NCBI GenBank assembly: GCA_036172245.1 | Contig: JAYWIR010000008.1 | Location: forward strand, 2,046,001 to 2,110,000 | Source: Raillietiella orientalis | Lineage: Eukaryota | Direction: 5' to 3' | DNA: 64,000 nucleotides | In this document: one piece after another, positions 12,481 to 25,079 of the stretch | Layout of the letters: each line of letters opens with the position of its first letter | Position numbering within the stretch: the first letter of the stretch is position 1 | Translations under genes and position numbers: made by a program | The notes under the pieces: model-generated | Databases searched by the model: none | What the model saw: the letters and a program-made list of their open reading frames with translations, nothing else | What the model was told of the DNA's origin: nothing

Positions 12481-13391
12481 CGCAGAGAAGGCGCCCAGGT
12501 TTCCATGCAAACTGCCCAGCGTGCCTCGCTCTTCTGCTCACAGTTCCAAAACGCAGCGCGCGACCCCGACGGTCAGCACCCCTCCTCGTGATGGCACTGC
12601 GGATGGCCGCTAGGAAGCGCCCCCAGAACACATCTCTTCTGCAAACAAGCATCACCGCTGGGAAAACAGGGAATTGCTCGGGGAACCCGACGATGATCCT
12701 CGAACTCTGTCTCTAGACACCGCATCCCGCGCCGGACAGACCGAACAGACATCTCCTCTGCAGCCGATGCCAGTGTTTCCTTTTCCGTTTTTTCCTGAAG
12801 ATGATGGTGGTAGTGATGGAGGGGAGGTCGGCTAGGAGCTCTCTTCCGTCCCACCCCTTCCCTCTCAGCGGGAGGACTTCCGTGGAGGAGGAAGCCACAG
12901 CGAGCCCTCCACCGGCCAACCCGTCATCGAATTCTCCGCTTGGCATTCACCGCAGGGCATTCCCCTCCCCCCCCCCCGAATGGATACCTCGTCATCTTGA
13001 ACGCTGCGTTGTTGCCCGGTCTGACTTGGCGGCGCCGCGCCCTCTCGTGTGCCGACTGTCGTCGTGGTAGCTCCAGCTTCCTGAGGAGGATTCCGGGAAG
13101 AGATCTCCGGGTTCCTCCCCTCCTTCTCCTTCCTTTTCCCCATGTCCTCTTCGTGCAGCACCACGGTGCTCTAGAACTACCCCCATTTGCGGCGGCAGCA
13201 GCGACCGGCGGAGCTCTCTTACAGGAGGTCACTCCCACCGGGAGGGTAGTAGCGAGAGCCACAGGCCTCCTAGGAAAAAAGGAGAGGGAAGCAATGAAGG
13301 GGAGCGCGCAAGGGAGCGCGAGGCGGTAGACCGCCCATCTTGTCGGCACCCCCCGCTTCGAGGTTGAGGCCGGCCCCACCGAATCTGCCCC

Positions 13392-13442
13392 CAAACAGCC
13401 CCATGTAGGTCGGCAGTGGAGCGACCTACATGGGGTTGTTTG
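13392..13442. repeat. Near-perfect inverted repeat (21-bp stem, 9-nt loop)
   Basis: caaacagccccatgtaggtcg-gcagtggag-cgacctacatggggttgtttg; a single G:T position in the stem. Confidence 0.9.
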
Positions 13443-14449
13443 TTTGTTCGGTCAAGTTCTGCTGAGCCACCGAAGAGCTTTTGTGCCCAGAGGCTCTCCT
13501 GAGTGCGCCCGCGCCCGCGCGTGACACGATTTCTGGAATCCCGTCGGGGTCGTCTCTGTGAGGGACCGAAACCAGGCAGCGACCCCTCACTCACGTTCCC
13601 TTCGAGGGTCTCCCTCGGCCTCGACCCGGCCTTGGGAGAGAGACCACGGCCTTCCCTGCAGAGTCGCAGCCTTTGGGAGACGGCACCCTCTCCGGGAAGA
13701 GAAGCGTCCGCCTCGTGCAGCCCAGAGGCGAGCGTTCTGGAGAGTCCTGTTGCTCAGCGACCCAGGACCTTGGTTTCATTAGCGATGGGAAGAGTCAGAG
13801 CTCTCCTCCTTCCTTGGGTCTTCCTTCTTTACTCCTCCCCACTCCCGCGCGCGCATTCCGCGAACAAGCGAGGAGTGAGGTCTCTTCGACCCTCTCGCTG
13901 CGGCGAAGGTTGCGCTTGCTCGCGCTGACCAGGGACGAAGGGTCCTTCTGTCCTCCGCTAGGAGCGCAAGGGTGGAGAACGCTTGCTCCGCACCGTCCTA
14001 GCGGCCTTGCCATCCACCGCTTCCCGACTTCGGAGTACATCCTCCCCCGAGGCACGACCCACCTTGAGGCTGAGAGGTCTTCCTCTTCGGTAGACCCAAG
14101 GAACCCTCATCTCCCCGTGGTTGCCCCACTGCATGCTGCTTGTCCTTCTTTCTTCGGCCTTTTTTTTTCTTCCTCCTCTTCGGAGAGCGTGGGGGTGACC
14201 AGCGCATGCTGAAAAGGAGAGGCCGGCTGCGCCAAACGGTCGCGCGCGCCACTCAAGCAGTGCGTGCGCACCGTCTTCTGCCACCACTTCAGCCACCCAG
14301 AAGTTCCGGTCGTCATCGCATCTGCTCGGGATCGGTCTGCGAGAGGAGGGGGGAAGAGGGATAGAGAGAGAGTTTCCGCTCTCCAGGAAGTTCGGATGGG
14401 CGCGCGCGCGTTTGCCCGCACCTGTGAGTACCGTCGCGAGACGCTCCAG

Positions 14450-16300
14450 ATGCTGTGGCCGTCTCGCGCGCGCCGGCCGATGCGAGCCCGGCGACACGGA
14501 CGCGGTGGTTTGGAGCCTCGCAGTATGTCCAGAGCTTTCCGATGGGCGCGTCCCCTTTCCTTTCCCCCCTCTCAGTAAGAAGCCGACCGCCCTACAGCGG
14601 AGGAGGACGAGGGGCCTCTCCGACGGCTCAGTGTCGCAGATGGAACTCCGTCCTCCTCCTCCTCTGTCCGTCCATCCCTCGCGGTATGAGAACTCTCGGG
14701 ATATGTCGAACAGTGGGTCCTCCGACTCTGACAAAGCGGTGAGCGAAGAAGTGGGGGGCCCAAGGAGGTCCATGAGACCCGTTGCTCCTCCTGCAGACAG
14801 AGAGGGGAATAACTGACCCAAGAAGGCAGGGCGCGTCTCGCCCCATGATCTTCGACTCTTCCTTCTCCTCTCTGGAGAATGTCGTGCCCCGAGGCAAAGA
14901 GGAGAACGCACGGCGAGCCAAGAAACCCCCCAGATCTTCCAGATCCTCTTCCGAAAATTCTAGAAGATCCGGAAGGAGGCGAGTGAGGACATTTCCAGGG
15001 AAACCCACAGCCGTCTGGAAAGTCCAGTGCGTCGTGCCTGTCCGACGCTCCCTATCGGGAAGGAATTGGGGTAGGATCAGCGAGGAAGAGAGGAAGATTC
15101 TTGAATTCGAGAGCAGCGAAGAGCTGGATATCCTGTCCAGGACACTCGAATGACTGGTGAAAGGCACGCTGCTGCTGGACTGAGAAGGAGGAGGAGGGTG
15201 TGTCCCTCCACGACAGACGACGGGAGGCGACCGGCAAGGACAGGTACCGGAAGCACCAGGGATGGAGGAGGAGGACGAAGACAGATGGCGAACGGGAGCG
15301 CAGACGGATTCGTCGGAGAAAGAAGTGTCTGTCGAAGGCTGCTGTCACGGGGGGCGAAGATGCTGCGGAGGCTGCTAGTTCTCCCTTCTCCGCGAGTCGT
15401 CACCGCGGTTCTCCAGCAGCCCTCCCAGAGGATGGCTCTCTGCTTCCGGGTTCTCCGAACGCAGCCCTGCTGCTGCTGCTTCTGCTGCGCGAGGGTGGTC
15501 CTCCAGATCCTCCTCTCAGCCTGCGAGAGTGGCTGCTTGCTCGCAGGGATGGCAGCTGAGGGGTCGCTCCTCCCAAAGTTCTCGCGCGCGTGCCGCTAAC
15601 GGCCTTCCTCCCTGAGAAGGCCGTCGCCCTCCTGCCCCTCCGTCCGCAGGCAAAGAGCCGTCGAGAAGGCGCGGCTGAACGGACAACCAACAATCCCGAG
15701 CCTCCCAACAATGCCGAAAGTGTACTGATTGTTGTGAGACCCACGGGGGCCAATACTTTCTCGTTGATTTTGGCAACAAAACCGATCAGGGGAAAACCCA
15801 CCAATCGCTGCCTGGACTGGTTCCTCTTTCTCTTCTCCCATTCGAGTAAGCAGTCACTCGCAACAGTCCCATGCAACAGGCGGCATCATCACCACTCGTT
15901 ATTCGGAGTCCGCATATCCTTTTGCCGCACGAGCGTGCATCCTCCGGGTAGGGAAGCCTTCAAGGAAAGGGGCAAAGCACTGACTCTGGCTCCTGTCAGT
16001 AATGCCTCGGGCGGTGGTTTGAAAGCTCGTATGGGAGATGTGGAAGAGAAGAGGGGAGCCGAGAAGGTGACTTTCTGTAGCTCAAGAAGGAGCGTCTTGG
16101 AATGGACCAAGACTTCTTGGAATTCTTCGTTCGAAGACGAAGCCCTATGGAACTCGAGGAATCTGAAGGGAGTGGCGGCTGCGGAAGCAGAGACGTTTCC
16201 CCCCTCTAGCTCTCTCTCTCGCTTCCCTTCCTCCTCCCCCTTCATTTCCGAGCTTGACGCTCGTTGCTTAGCAACGCTTCTCGTTTAGTGCATTGCAGAT
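14450..16300 (-). mobile_element. Degraded Jockey/I-like LINE 5' half (gag-like ORF1 with eroded zinc-knuckle region followed by APE endonuclease)
   Basis: ORF1-like LLTGARVSALPLSLK and PVQ..FCCQNQ..GSHN..GCPFSRAFSTALC (spacing like three CCHC knuckles), then a Gln-rich linker. Then APE-like remnants LPDRERRTG and LSVCRRSNGSHGPPW (cf. GDFNAH..W). Confidence 0.35.
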
Positions 16301-17904
16301 TTGTTCAGCCTTTTTTTCTATTTTAAAGTTATCGCTGCCTTCCAGAATGTGGGTCGTTTTCCTCGGAGGGACTGCCACGCGAGCTCTCCATGGCAATGAT
16401 CTCTCCCCGCGCAGCTGGGACTCTTATTGTTTGTTACCGAAACAAACACCATCCGCAAACACCATCCGTGTAAACACTGCTCATTCTTTCCGGCGCTATC
16501 AAGAGATCCAACCTTTCTTTGCTTGCGCGATCTCTCGCAGGTGATTCGATACCCTGAGCAAACCTCCGCCACGTGGTGCTCTGGAGGTCAAAGGTGTCTT
16601 TGACCCAGATCTGCTACCACATTGCGTATCGCTGAGTGTTCGACCGCATCTCTGTGGTGCTTCAGCGTGCCATTGCTGCTTCCCTTCCTCTCACTTCTGC
16701 GTGGACGGCGGAAATAGGCGCGGCGCCAACCGCCGGCCTCCTCTTCTCGGGGGGAGCCGCAGTGGGAGGGACCATGGAGAAGGTGGAGTGAGGAGCAGAC
16801 GAGGCCACTCGCAGCCTCGAGGCCGCCCCTCAGGAAGCGGCACCGACTTCCCCTTTCCCACTGAGTAGCGGGCAGCGGAGGCACGGGAAAGAAGGGAAAA
16901 GAAGGATTCCAGGAGGCGGACTTTCCTCCTCTTGGTCTCCTCGCTGCTCCCTGCGCGCCCGCGGGGTCCGGATTCGCGCAGGCCCCGACTGCTGGCAGGA
17001 CTGCCGCATCTGAGTGCGTGGAGCCCTTCAAGCCGGTACAGCGAGAATGTGCGGCCCTTCAAGCCGGTACAGCGCCCACCCCTCTTCCGCGCTTTGATTG
17101 GCGCGACAGAACAGCAAGGGCGCGGCAGCCGGATACCTGCAGAACAAGACTCACGGAGCACTCCCACCGCCGACGGAGGCTGACCCGAATGATTCCTCTG
17201 CGACCCTTGCGCGCCCTCCGAAAGCCCGGCGAAAACCTCCGGGAAGAGTCTTCCCTCTGGAGGGAGGAAGGGGAGGCACCCTGGTACCTGAGAGGCATCC
17301 GCTGCCTTCCCCTTCACCAGCTTCTCCCCCCTCCTCCTCACTTCCTTCTCCCCTTCCTTTGCTGCCTTCCCTTCTTCCGGTTCTCACTTCTGCCCCCACG
17401 CCCACACCACTGTGGCCATTCATGAGGGCGCCCTTTCCCTGGAATCGGCGCTGCATGCCCTTGATTCCTTGGGAAGCAGGAGGGGCGATAGGTTGCCCTT
17501 GTGAATCGAGCGGGCATGTAGAGAGTGAGGACTGGGTGGAGAAGAGGGGCAAAATGCGACCATGCCTGCAGTTGCTACCACACTCTCCCTCCGAAAACGG
17601 CCTGCCATGCACGCCCGTGGAATCGCGAAAGTGGGGAGAGGCCCTCCGGCGTGGTCCAAGCGAGAACCCGAACGGTGCATCCGCATCACTGGCTCTTGCT
17701 GTTCGACACGGTCCAACGCATCGTAGTGGACCAGTGACCTGTGGAGACCCGTTATGGCTGACTTCATGATCTGTTCGCGCTCATTGTGGACCACCGTTTT
17801 GTGCACGCTCTCTGGTTCAATTACTGTTTTTATTCCCCATGAGAAAGGTTGTACTTTTACAACAGACTTGAAATCACTGTTTCGACAATGCATCTGTAAA
17901 GAGC

Positions 17905-18055
17905 AATCCAGGAAGGGCTCGGAGTCCGTTCCTCTCACGCTTGGGGAGAGATCTCCCCGGATGGGGGGGATTGCACCTCCCACCCTGGTTGTCTCCGAAG
18001 GAATCTCCTTCCTCATTCTCTCCGGAGGGATACCGGAGAGAATGAGGGACACGAA
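17905..18055 (-). mobile_element. Partial SINE copy (3' part of the hairpin array)
   Basis: ggttgtctccgaaggaatctccttcctcattctctccggagggatacc matches 36711-36770 and 38385-38445. Confidence 0.75.
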
Positions 18056-18639
18056 CGAACCACGCAGTGATCCACGGTGAACACCCCCTCGTGAAACAGC
18101 GAACCCTCGCGAGCACGTGCGTGCCATGCAGTCATCCGCAACGAGTAGGCACCGTGCGTGGGTCCACCACGATGCATTGGGCCGTATTGAACAACAAGAG
18201 CCAGTAGTGAGGGCGCACCAGGCGGTGAGCCAAGGCGGACGCGAACGCTTCACGCATCAAGCCCCAGAGAGCGTGCTTGGGGCGCTGGTCCACAGCGAGT
18301 GTGTTGAGGACGATGGTCCGCAGGGAGCATGCATGGCATAATGTGTACAAAGAGTATGGACTCATCAGGCAGGGAGTATCCATGGCGCCTTAGTTCCGCG
18401 ATGGGTCCACGATAGTGACGGGGAAAGGAAACCCAGGGGGAAGAAGGACCGCGAAACAGGGAGAAACCGATCTTTGGTCTCCGGATCGAAATGGGACGGT
18501 GAGGTTGAGCGAGGCACGGCTGCCATAGGAATCTTTGACGGGAAGCCTTTGCTCAGAAAAGCTAGGACCGAGGTTTCGAGGGCGGGATACTCCCAAGGAG
18601 AGGGGACGTCCCCGTTCATCCCTTGGGCTCTGCGTGTGC

Positions 18640-18960
18640 CACCACTAGCGTCCGTCCCTCCACGTAGGGAGGTCTGAACTGCTGTTCACGGAAGCAATGC
18701 GTCCTGCTCCCGGATGGGTGCACGTCCCCTCGATGTCTTCGTCGGGAGACCTGCTGGTACCCCAAAACCGACTTCTCCCAGGGGATCCCCTTCCGGTTTT
18801 CCTCGGCTTCCTCCCACTGGCGCCTCTTTCACTCCAGCACCGTCGGCGGCCTTCGAGGAAGTCACAGCTGCGCGAGGACCATTTCTTCTGCTGTCCCCAT
18901 CCTTGAAGGTGTTCCTGCCCTCCGTGGTTGCTGACCCACGAAGAGAAAGCCAGCAAGGTC
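18640..18960 (-). mobile_element. RTE-like LINE 3' end remnant
   Basis: TGRGSPGRSRFWG..DEDIE..SDLPTWR resembles the RTE C-terminus GxRxRGRP..W.D..dRxxWr. Confidence 0.3.
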
Positions 18961-19499
18961 CGAGAGGTCGAGGTTGCCCGGAAGCAAGCCAGGATTGCGG
19001 CCCTGGAGGTCCGGGTGAGGAGGCGGGTCCTATACTTCCGCGCTGAGGATGCAGCGCTGCCAGGATGCTGGAGAGAGGAGGGTAGAGGGATAATGAGGAA
19101 AGCGATAAGTTATCTTTAATCTTATCTCTTTAACTCAGGTAAGATGGGAAAGTCTCCTCACTCGGTGCTCTGCCACTTGCACGCCTCGCCGCTCGCCTCC
19201 GGTGGTCGTCTGTACCCTCTCGTGCGGGAAAGGCGATCCCTGAGATTTCCGTGGTCCTTCCTTCTTCCTCCCACGCTCCTCCCCCTTCCTTCAGCGACCA
19301 CGAGGTCGCTGCTTCCCGGATGTGCCTGCCGGTCGGAGGAGTTTCATCCTGTTTTCGGGGCTTTCTTCCACCTTCCACGCGTCCCCGACGCAGGAGACCC
19401 GTTGCCAGCACCCTTATTGGACGGTGGCCCAAGAGATGCAAGGGCGGATCCCCGGAGTGGAGGTGCCCGGAGGGTGACGCTGGCCCCTAGAATGTGTGG

Positions 19500-21500
19500 C
19501 TGCATACCTTGTTTCCGAGAAGTAGAGCGCAGGAGAAAGCCGCCTATGAGAGGAAGGGCGCGCTCACAGAGCGGTCCCATCTGCGTTGGCTAGGAGACGG
19601 TAGTGCTCCAGGCGAGCGGACGCCGCGTTTTTCCTCCCGCACCGCGCTCGCACCTGCGTCAAACGCCAAGGGGAGGACCACTGCCTACTGCTAGAGAGAA
19701 GCAACAGAACTGACTGGGGATGGGGTGCCGCCCCCGACGGACTCCCTCTGAGCGGATGGAGATGCAACTCGCCCGTCGGTCCCCCCCCCCTCCTCCCCAT
19801 CATGATGGAGGCTTCAACTTCTTCTTGCGAAATGCCGGTTGCCGCAGCAACCTAACCTCTCCGTCCCTCAGCAAAAATCCTCTCCGGGGACTCCTTCCGT
19901 GCTCCTGCGCTGTGAGGTGCGTCTTCGGTATACCCGAGTGTTGTCTCTACGCTCCTGGGCAGCTCTTTCCCATGAAGGCAGGAGGAAGGAAAGGAAGGGA
20001 TGCTCCAGGAAGGGCCATCCTTCAGAGGTCACTTCGACTCCCTTTCAAGGAGAAAATGCATCTGCCCCTCGCTTCCACGGGAGTCCTCGGGACCCCAAAG
20101 TCTACCTTGACCCTCGCGACTTGTGGGCTTTACATTCTGGGGTGAGACTGCCATCTCTTCCACGGAGGAGCTCGCGGGAGCGGCGTGGGGCACCACCTCC
20201 TGAAAAACCCCTCGTCCGGAATCCTTCCAGCGTTTTCACCCACGGTGTCCCAAGACTACAATCCCAGAGGGATCACTCGAACGGTCTTTGCCTGGCAACC
20301 CAGAGGCGAGGACCGCCCGAGGGTCTGCAGTCCAGGAGGAACCTCAAAAAAGGCTCACCGGAGCACTGTGAGGATGCATGTGGGTCTGCAGGGAAGGGGA
20401 GGAGTCGGAGCAGCAAGACTGCACTCTGGGACGAACGGCGGTGGTCGAGAGGCCGAATCGGGGCCACACACGCCGCAGGGCGAGAACGCGCCTCTTGCAT
20501 GCTGAGGAGTGCCCTCCCCCCTCCAAGAGGATCTTCCGGAGGCGACTCCTTCCACTGGCATCCTGGTGGGCGATATGGGGATCTGTTGAAGCCCTTGGGG
20601 TCGTCTGAACCGTCATTTGCGCGACTCCCTTCTACTGGAGCCTTCACGCTGAGAACACATTCCGCCAGTGCTGCCGCTAGCGGTTGGTGATTGCGGCAAG
20701 ATCCTCCCGCATGCGATCCTTCTGCGTGATTTGGCTGGGGGAGGCGGAGGTGGGAGACAGAACCTCTCCTTGGCAACGATCGTCTCTCAGGGAAACGGTT
20801 TGGTCTTGCCCAGGTGGAGATCTCGGTGCCGGAACTCCCCAAAGCAAGAAAGCGTTCTGCGAGACGCAGAACAAGACGCTCCTGGAGCTCTCATGGAGTG
20901 GGGAGGGGAATCTGGTCAGTGACACGACTGCCAGAAGCTGTTTTGCGATCCCCACGCCAGCTTCCAGCTCACGAAGACAGCAGCCTTCCAAGGCTGTGGC
21001 TGCGTGCAAACCGTGCGCTTGCCGAGGGAACGAGTCTCACGCTCCCGTGTAGCAGTGGAATCGCGCGGTGGCACATGCTCCCCCTCACCCGCTGAGAGAT
21101 CTTGGAGATTCCTGGGAGTCATGTAGCTGAGGACCCTCTCCTGGCGCAAATGTAAGGCTTTGCCGTTTATCGAAGTGCCGTTCGATGCCGCCAGAGTCAC
21201 CTCAGAACTTGAAGAGTTGGCTGATGTTTGCACGGTGCTCGGGAGTAGAGACGAGTCCCGAGACACCTGACGTAGCACGGAGAAGCTTCCACGATCGGAG
21301 TCACCCGGCCCTTTCCCTATTTCTTCTCTGACCGCTCTTTCAGGAAGTGTAGTAGCTTTTGGGAATCTCCTAGTGCGTCCGCCCTCAGGCTCTGCGAGAG
21401 ACGGTGGAATGCTACGATCTTGGGAGTGCTCGGCACGGGATGGCAAGGGGAACCCTCCGAGGAGGACGCTGATGAGCATGACTAGGTCCACCATCCACGG
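19500..21500 (-). mobile_element. Degraded CR1/L2-like LINE ORF2 (reverse transcriptase)
   Basis: Collinear remnants: VSWKLA (PxxWKxA), VVSLTRFP (RPVSLTS), DDPKGFNRSPY (DFxKAFDxVxH), SSQSAVLLLRLL (GVPQGSVLGPLLF), FLLDC (FADD), GELHLHPL (RLxxLxLxsL). Confidence 0.55.
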
Positions 21501-22228
21501 CAGGATGGCGCCTGCGTTTCAACGTGTCCGGCAAACCATCACCAACCCAAGTGGAAAAAAGAGCCGTTGTGCCTTCCACGGGTTTAGAGGAACGTTCCCA
21601 GTTCGGTTATCATCTCGGCAAGGGGAAACGCTTTCCATTGCCCTCGACGATGACCCCATGTGCAGGAGAGCACGCGCGATCTTCCGCTCAAGGAATGCGT
21701 TCCGCCCAGCTCACCCCTGGACCTTTCCTCTCCTGTTCCGCAAGGATACATCGAGCCGGTAACCACCGATTTTGTTTTCTCCTTCCCTCCCCACGCAAAA
21801 AGTTGGAGAAGTGGTGCCGTGCCTACGAGCACGAAATTCCCGTGGGTTGTTTGCAAACGGAAGAGGACGGAAAGTCCAGGACAACGAAGAAATCCTTGGG
21901 AAGGAGGTGCGCCTTGCAGATGAGGTACTTTGAACACAAGGGACGTTTTCGCTTGGCGGTTATTCCAAGTGCGCGCGAGCCTCTGGAGTCTTCGCACGCG
22001 TGAGCAAAGCATTCAAAAGACGGCCAACTCCCGGTTGCCTGTGGAAACAATGAGAGGACGTGTCAGATCTGAAGATCGTGCATGATCTTCTGAGGGCGAC
22101 GTGGGTCAGACTCCGGAGTCAGCCTTCTGAGGAGGAAAGGAAGCGATGGGACCAAAGACGAGGCGTGCGCCATCTATGGAGCGCATTGCAAACTGAGTTG
22201 TGCTGAAGGAACGCGAAGTTGGAAGGAA

Positions 22229-22250
22229 ATATATATATATATATATATAT
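22229..22250. repeat. (AT)n microsatellite
   Basis: Perfect AT dinucleotide run seen directly. Confidence 0.95.
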
Positions 22251-22257
22251 CAAAATT

Positions 22258-23605
22258 ATGAAAAGTGCGGGGGCGTGAGTCACCGGAGCTCTGCGGAGTG
22301 AGAGGGGATGCGATTCGAGCTCGTTTCAGGGAGACTTTCCCCTTCAGGCGCTTTCTCTTCGAAGCGCGGAAGTTTCTCGTAGAGCGGAAAGCGCTAAGCG
22401 ACCCTCCATAGGAGCCAGTCGTACCCCCGAGAGCGCCCCCCGTTCCTTCCCTCTGCTCGCAAGGGCCAAGGCCGCAGGAAGTTCGCAGCCGGAGGCGCCG
22501 GACGCTACGACGGACAACAATGCGGGCTTCCATGGCAACCTGTGGAGATGGATCGCCACCGACGGAACGCGATGCGACGGCGCACCCTCCTGCCGAGGTG
22601 TTGAGGACGGCGTTGCTCCCTACCTCTCCCCCGGGAATGCACGCCCGCGGGAGCTCCGCTTCGCCTCCCCTCTGCCCCTTCACGCCTCCCCCTCCAACGC
22701 CTCCGCCCACCCCCCCTCCTGCCCAGTCCTCGGACGGAGAGGACGACGACGACTCCCTGCCGCCGCCGCCGCCGCCGCCGCCGCCTGCGGACGAATCCGC
22801 CCACCTGGCCAACCCCGTCGCCCTCAAAGTGCCGCCGCCTCCCGCCCTACCGGGGACGAACTTTCGCCTTGCGCCCCCTGCGCGCAAGGGCGGCGACGAG
22901 GACACCGTGAGGGTGGTGATGCCGGTGACGCAGCGGTGGCGCCTGGAGCCGTCCACCTTGAGCGTGGCCCTTTGCGGAGGTCTCGCGATCCCTCCGCCAG
23001 CGGCGCCGGCAAAACTCGGCGACGGGGACTTCTGTCCCGAGGAGGCGGGCAACGTGCGATCCAAAGTTCGCATGTACGATCGCCAGAGGGCCCCGACGCC
23101 GCAAGGGGCATGCGGCGCGCGCCCCACAGTCAGGGGGGCCGAGGAGCGGCGAGAGGAGGGCCGCGGTCCCTGGAGCCCCGCCCTGCTCGGAGGGATGCGG
23201 CTGCTGCGTCTTATGTGCCCCTCCTTGCATCTCCTGCTGGTCAGCATCCTGGAGGTGGGCGCTCCGGCAGCAGCGCGGCCTCCTGCCTCAGGGACACGCT
23301 GCTTCAAACGCCTCAGGAAGTGACCCTCTCGGGGACGACCTCCTCCCCCCACGCTCCCGCTCGCACCACGACGCAGCTCGGCTGCGCATGTAGCGAGTTC
23401 TCCCCGCGCTTCCGCCGGAAGCCCCGACACCTGCCGCGGTGCAATAAACGGCCGCCAGGCGCCTCTGCACGCCCACCCAACAATGGAAGCTCCAACAATG
23501 GGCTTCGGGAAGCTTCGACCGCACGTGCGATTCATCCGCTTCGGGCGGGCGGTGCAGTGGGCGTGCCTGTGCTACAAGCGGGTGCAGTGCCTAGGAGCTG
23601 AATAA
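22258..23605 (+). pseudogene. Disrupted intronless proline-rich orphan reading frame (~448 codons), origin unknown
   Basis: One frame runs 22262-23605 with two internal stops (TAG 22409, TGA 23321). An ATG at 22258 is out of frame by one A in an A-run, and the final TAA overlaps AATAAA (23601-23606). Contains TPPPPTPPPTPPP and DGEDDDDSLPPPPPPPPP. Confidence 0.35.
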
Positions 23606-23611
23606 ATAATT

Positions 23612-23905
23612 GACGTGTACGTGTGTGTGTGGATACGTGTAGCAGTATGTATTCTGACGTGTGTGTTGCACAGACGCGTGCAGTATGGGATGTGTGCGAT
23701 GTGTTTAGAGAATGAATGCAACTGTTATGCGTGTGTGTGGTGCCAGTGTGCGCCCGTCAAGGACGCGTTTGGTATATGTGTGCAAGGAGGTGCACGTAGC
23801 ACACGTGTGTGCAGCACGTGATGTGGCATATCGAGTGGGATCTAGACTTAGTCCCTGGAGCAGGCGCGTGTGTGTTGTGGAAAAGGGTTGCAGGGACGCG
23901 CGTGT
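23612..23905. repeat. Degenerate (TG/CG)n alternating purine-pyrimidine tract
   Basis: gtgtacgtgtgtgtgtggatacgtgt..gcgtgtgtgtgg..acacgtgtgtgcagcacgtg seen directly. Confidence 0.8.
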
Positions 23906-24399
23906 TTGATTTCCTTCGCGCTGCCGTAACGCCGGTACCCCTTGCTGCACGGATGCATGGCGTGTCGAGCGTTACAGGAGGCTGCGTGGATCTGTTTGTC
24001 TCATCTTGCATGCTCATTGGCCTTGAGCAGGTACTATGCTGCCCATCCGGCGGGGTGTGGAAGGAGACGCCGGAGAGGGTGGAGGATGAGGCAAGAGATG
24101 GTGGTCGAAAGCCTCTCTGAATGGAGTAGGAGGGTGGGTGAACCGCGAGGAGGCGGGCATCGTGGCTTTGAGAAAGGAGCAGAGTCTCAGGCTGACGTGC
24201 CACACCTGCTGGGCGCAAAGAGGGGGGGAAGACGAAGGGAAGTCGTTCGGGAACGGCCGCTCCAGCTGAGGCGAGGACCCTGTTCTCGTGGGAAGCACCC
24301 CAAGGCATGCAGGCATCCGGAGGCTGTCTTGCCTTCCCTGCCTACTGCATGGGACAGGCTGCACGTAGTGAAGCGTCCGTCAGCGTTTCCATGAGGAAG

Positions 24400-25050
24400 G
24401 GTCCCGACTTGGATGAGATCGGTCTGAACTCGGACGGGAGCGAGGTAGCCAATAGTACTCGCAATCATAGAAGAGTCCACCCCGTTGAGGTCGCGGGTTC
24501 GACCCGCAGCAGGTTCTTTGCAAAAGGGACATGAGATTCAAGAAGCTTTCAGAACAGAGGCAAAAGCTCACAGGGTGGGGAGGGTGTCGCCGACAGCACA
24601 GGAAGAGAAAAGAAAATCTGCGGCTGGTGACCAGGGGTTATCGGCCGTCGAAAGTAATTTGACTCCGAAAGCGACCTGAGACGGTCAGGATAGAGGATAC
24701 TGAGCTTCTCGCGTGTCCTTAGAAGTGACCATAGAAGCGTGCCAAGGCAGCTTTAAACAGCATGTGAGCATCTTCCGTGCCCTCAGGCGCACATGCAAGG
24801 ACTCCAGGATGGGATGGGGTGGATGGGAATGGAGCGTAAGCAAGAAGCTCCCGCCTGCGATGTCAGACGCAGGAAGGTTGGCGGGTGCCCCGCAGTTGAG
24901 CGAGGACCCTAGGTGAGGAAATCTGCCAGAAGTCGTCAGGAGCAGCTTTAACTGAAGCGACCCGTCTGCATCAGAATGTAAAAGAGTCCCAGGGAGAAGG
25001 AAAATGTGGGAAGGAAAGCAGGGATTTGACAGTCGATTCCTCTCTTGAAA
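24400..25050 (+). mobile_element. Degraded RTE-clade LINE 3' portion
   Basis: EIGLNSDGSEV (GLxINxxKT), AGST..HEIQEAFR, SRMGWGGW..KKLP (rlrWxGH..pk) and RKVGGCP (RxRGRP) in order. Confidence 0.4.
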
Positions 25051-25079
25051 GCGCCTTCTGCGAGGGTTCGGCAGCTGGT

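Noticed and set aside
22174..23535. 453-aa minus-strand ORF, the longest in the track
   Set aside because: Non-ATG start, Gly/Arg-rich antisense shadow of a GC-rich Pro-rich frame, and it runs through an (AT)n microsatellite; no recognisable domain.
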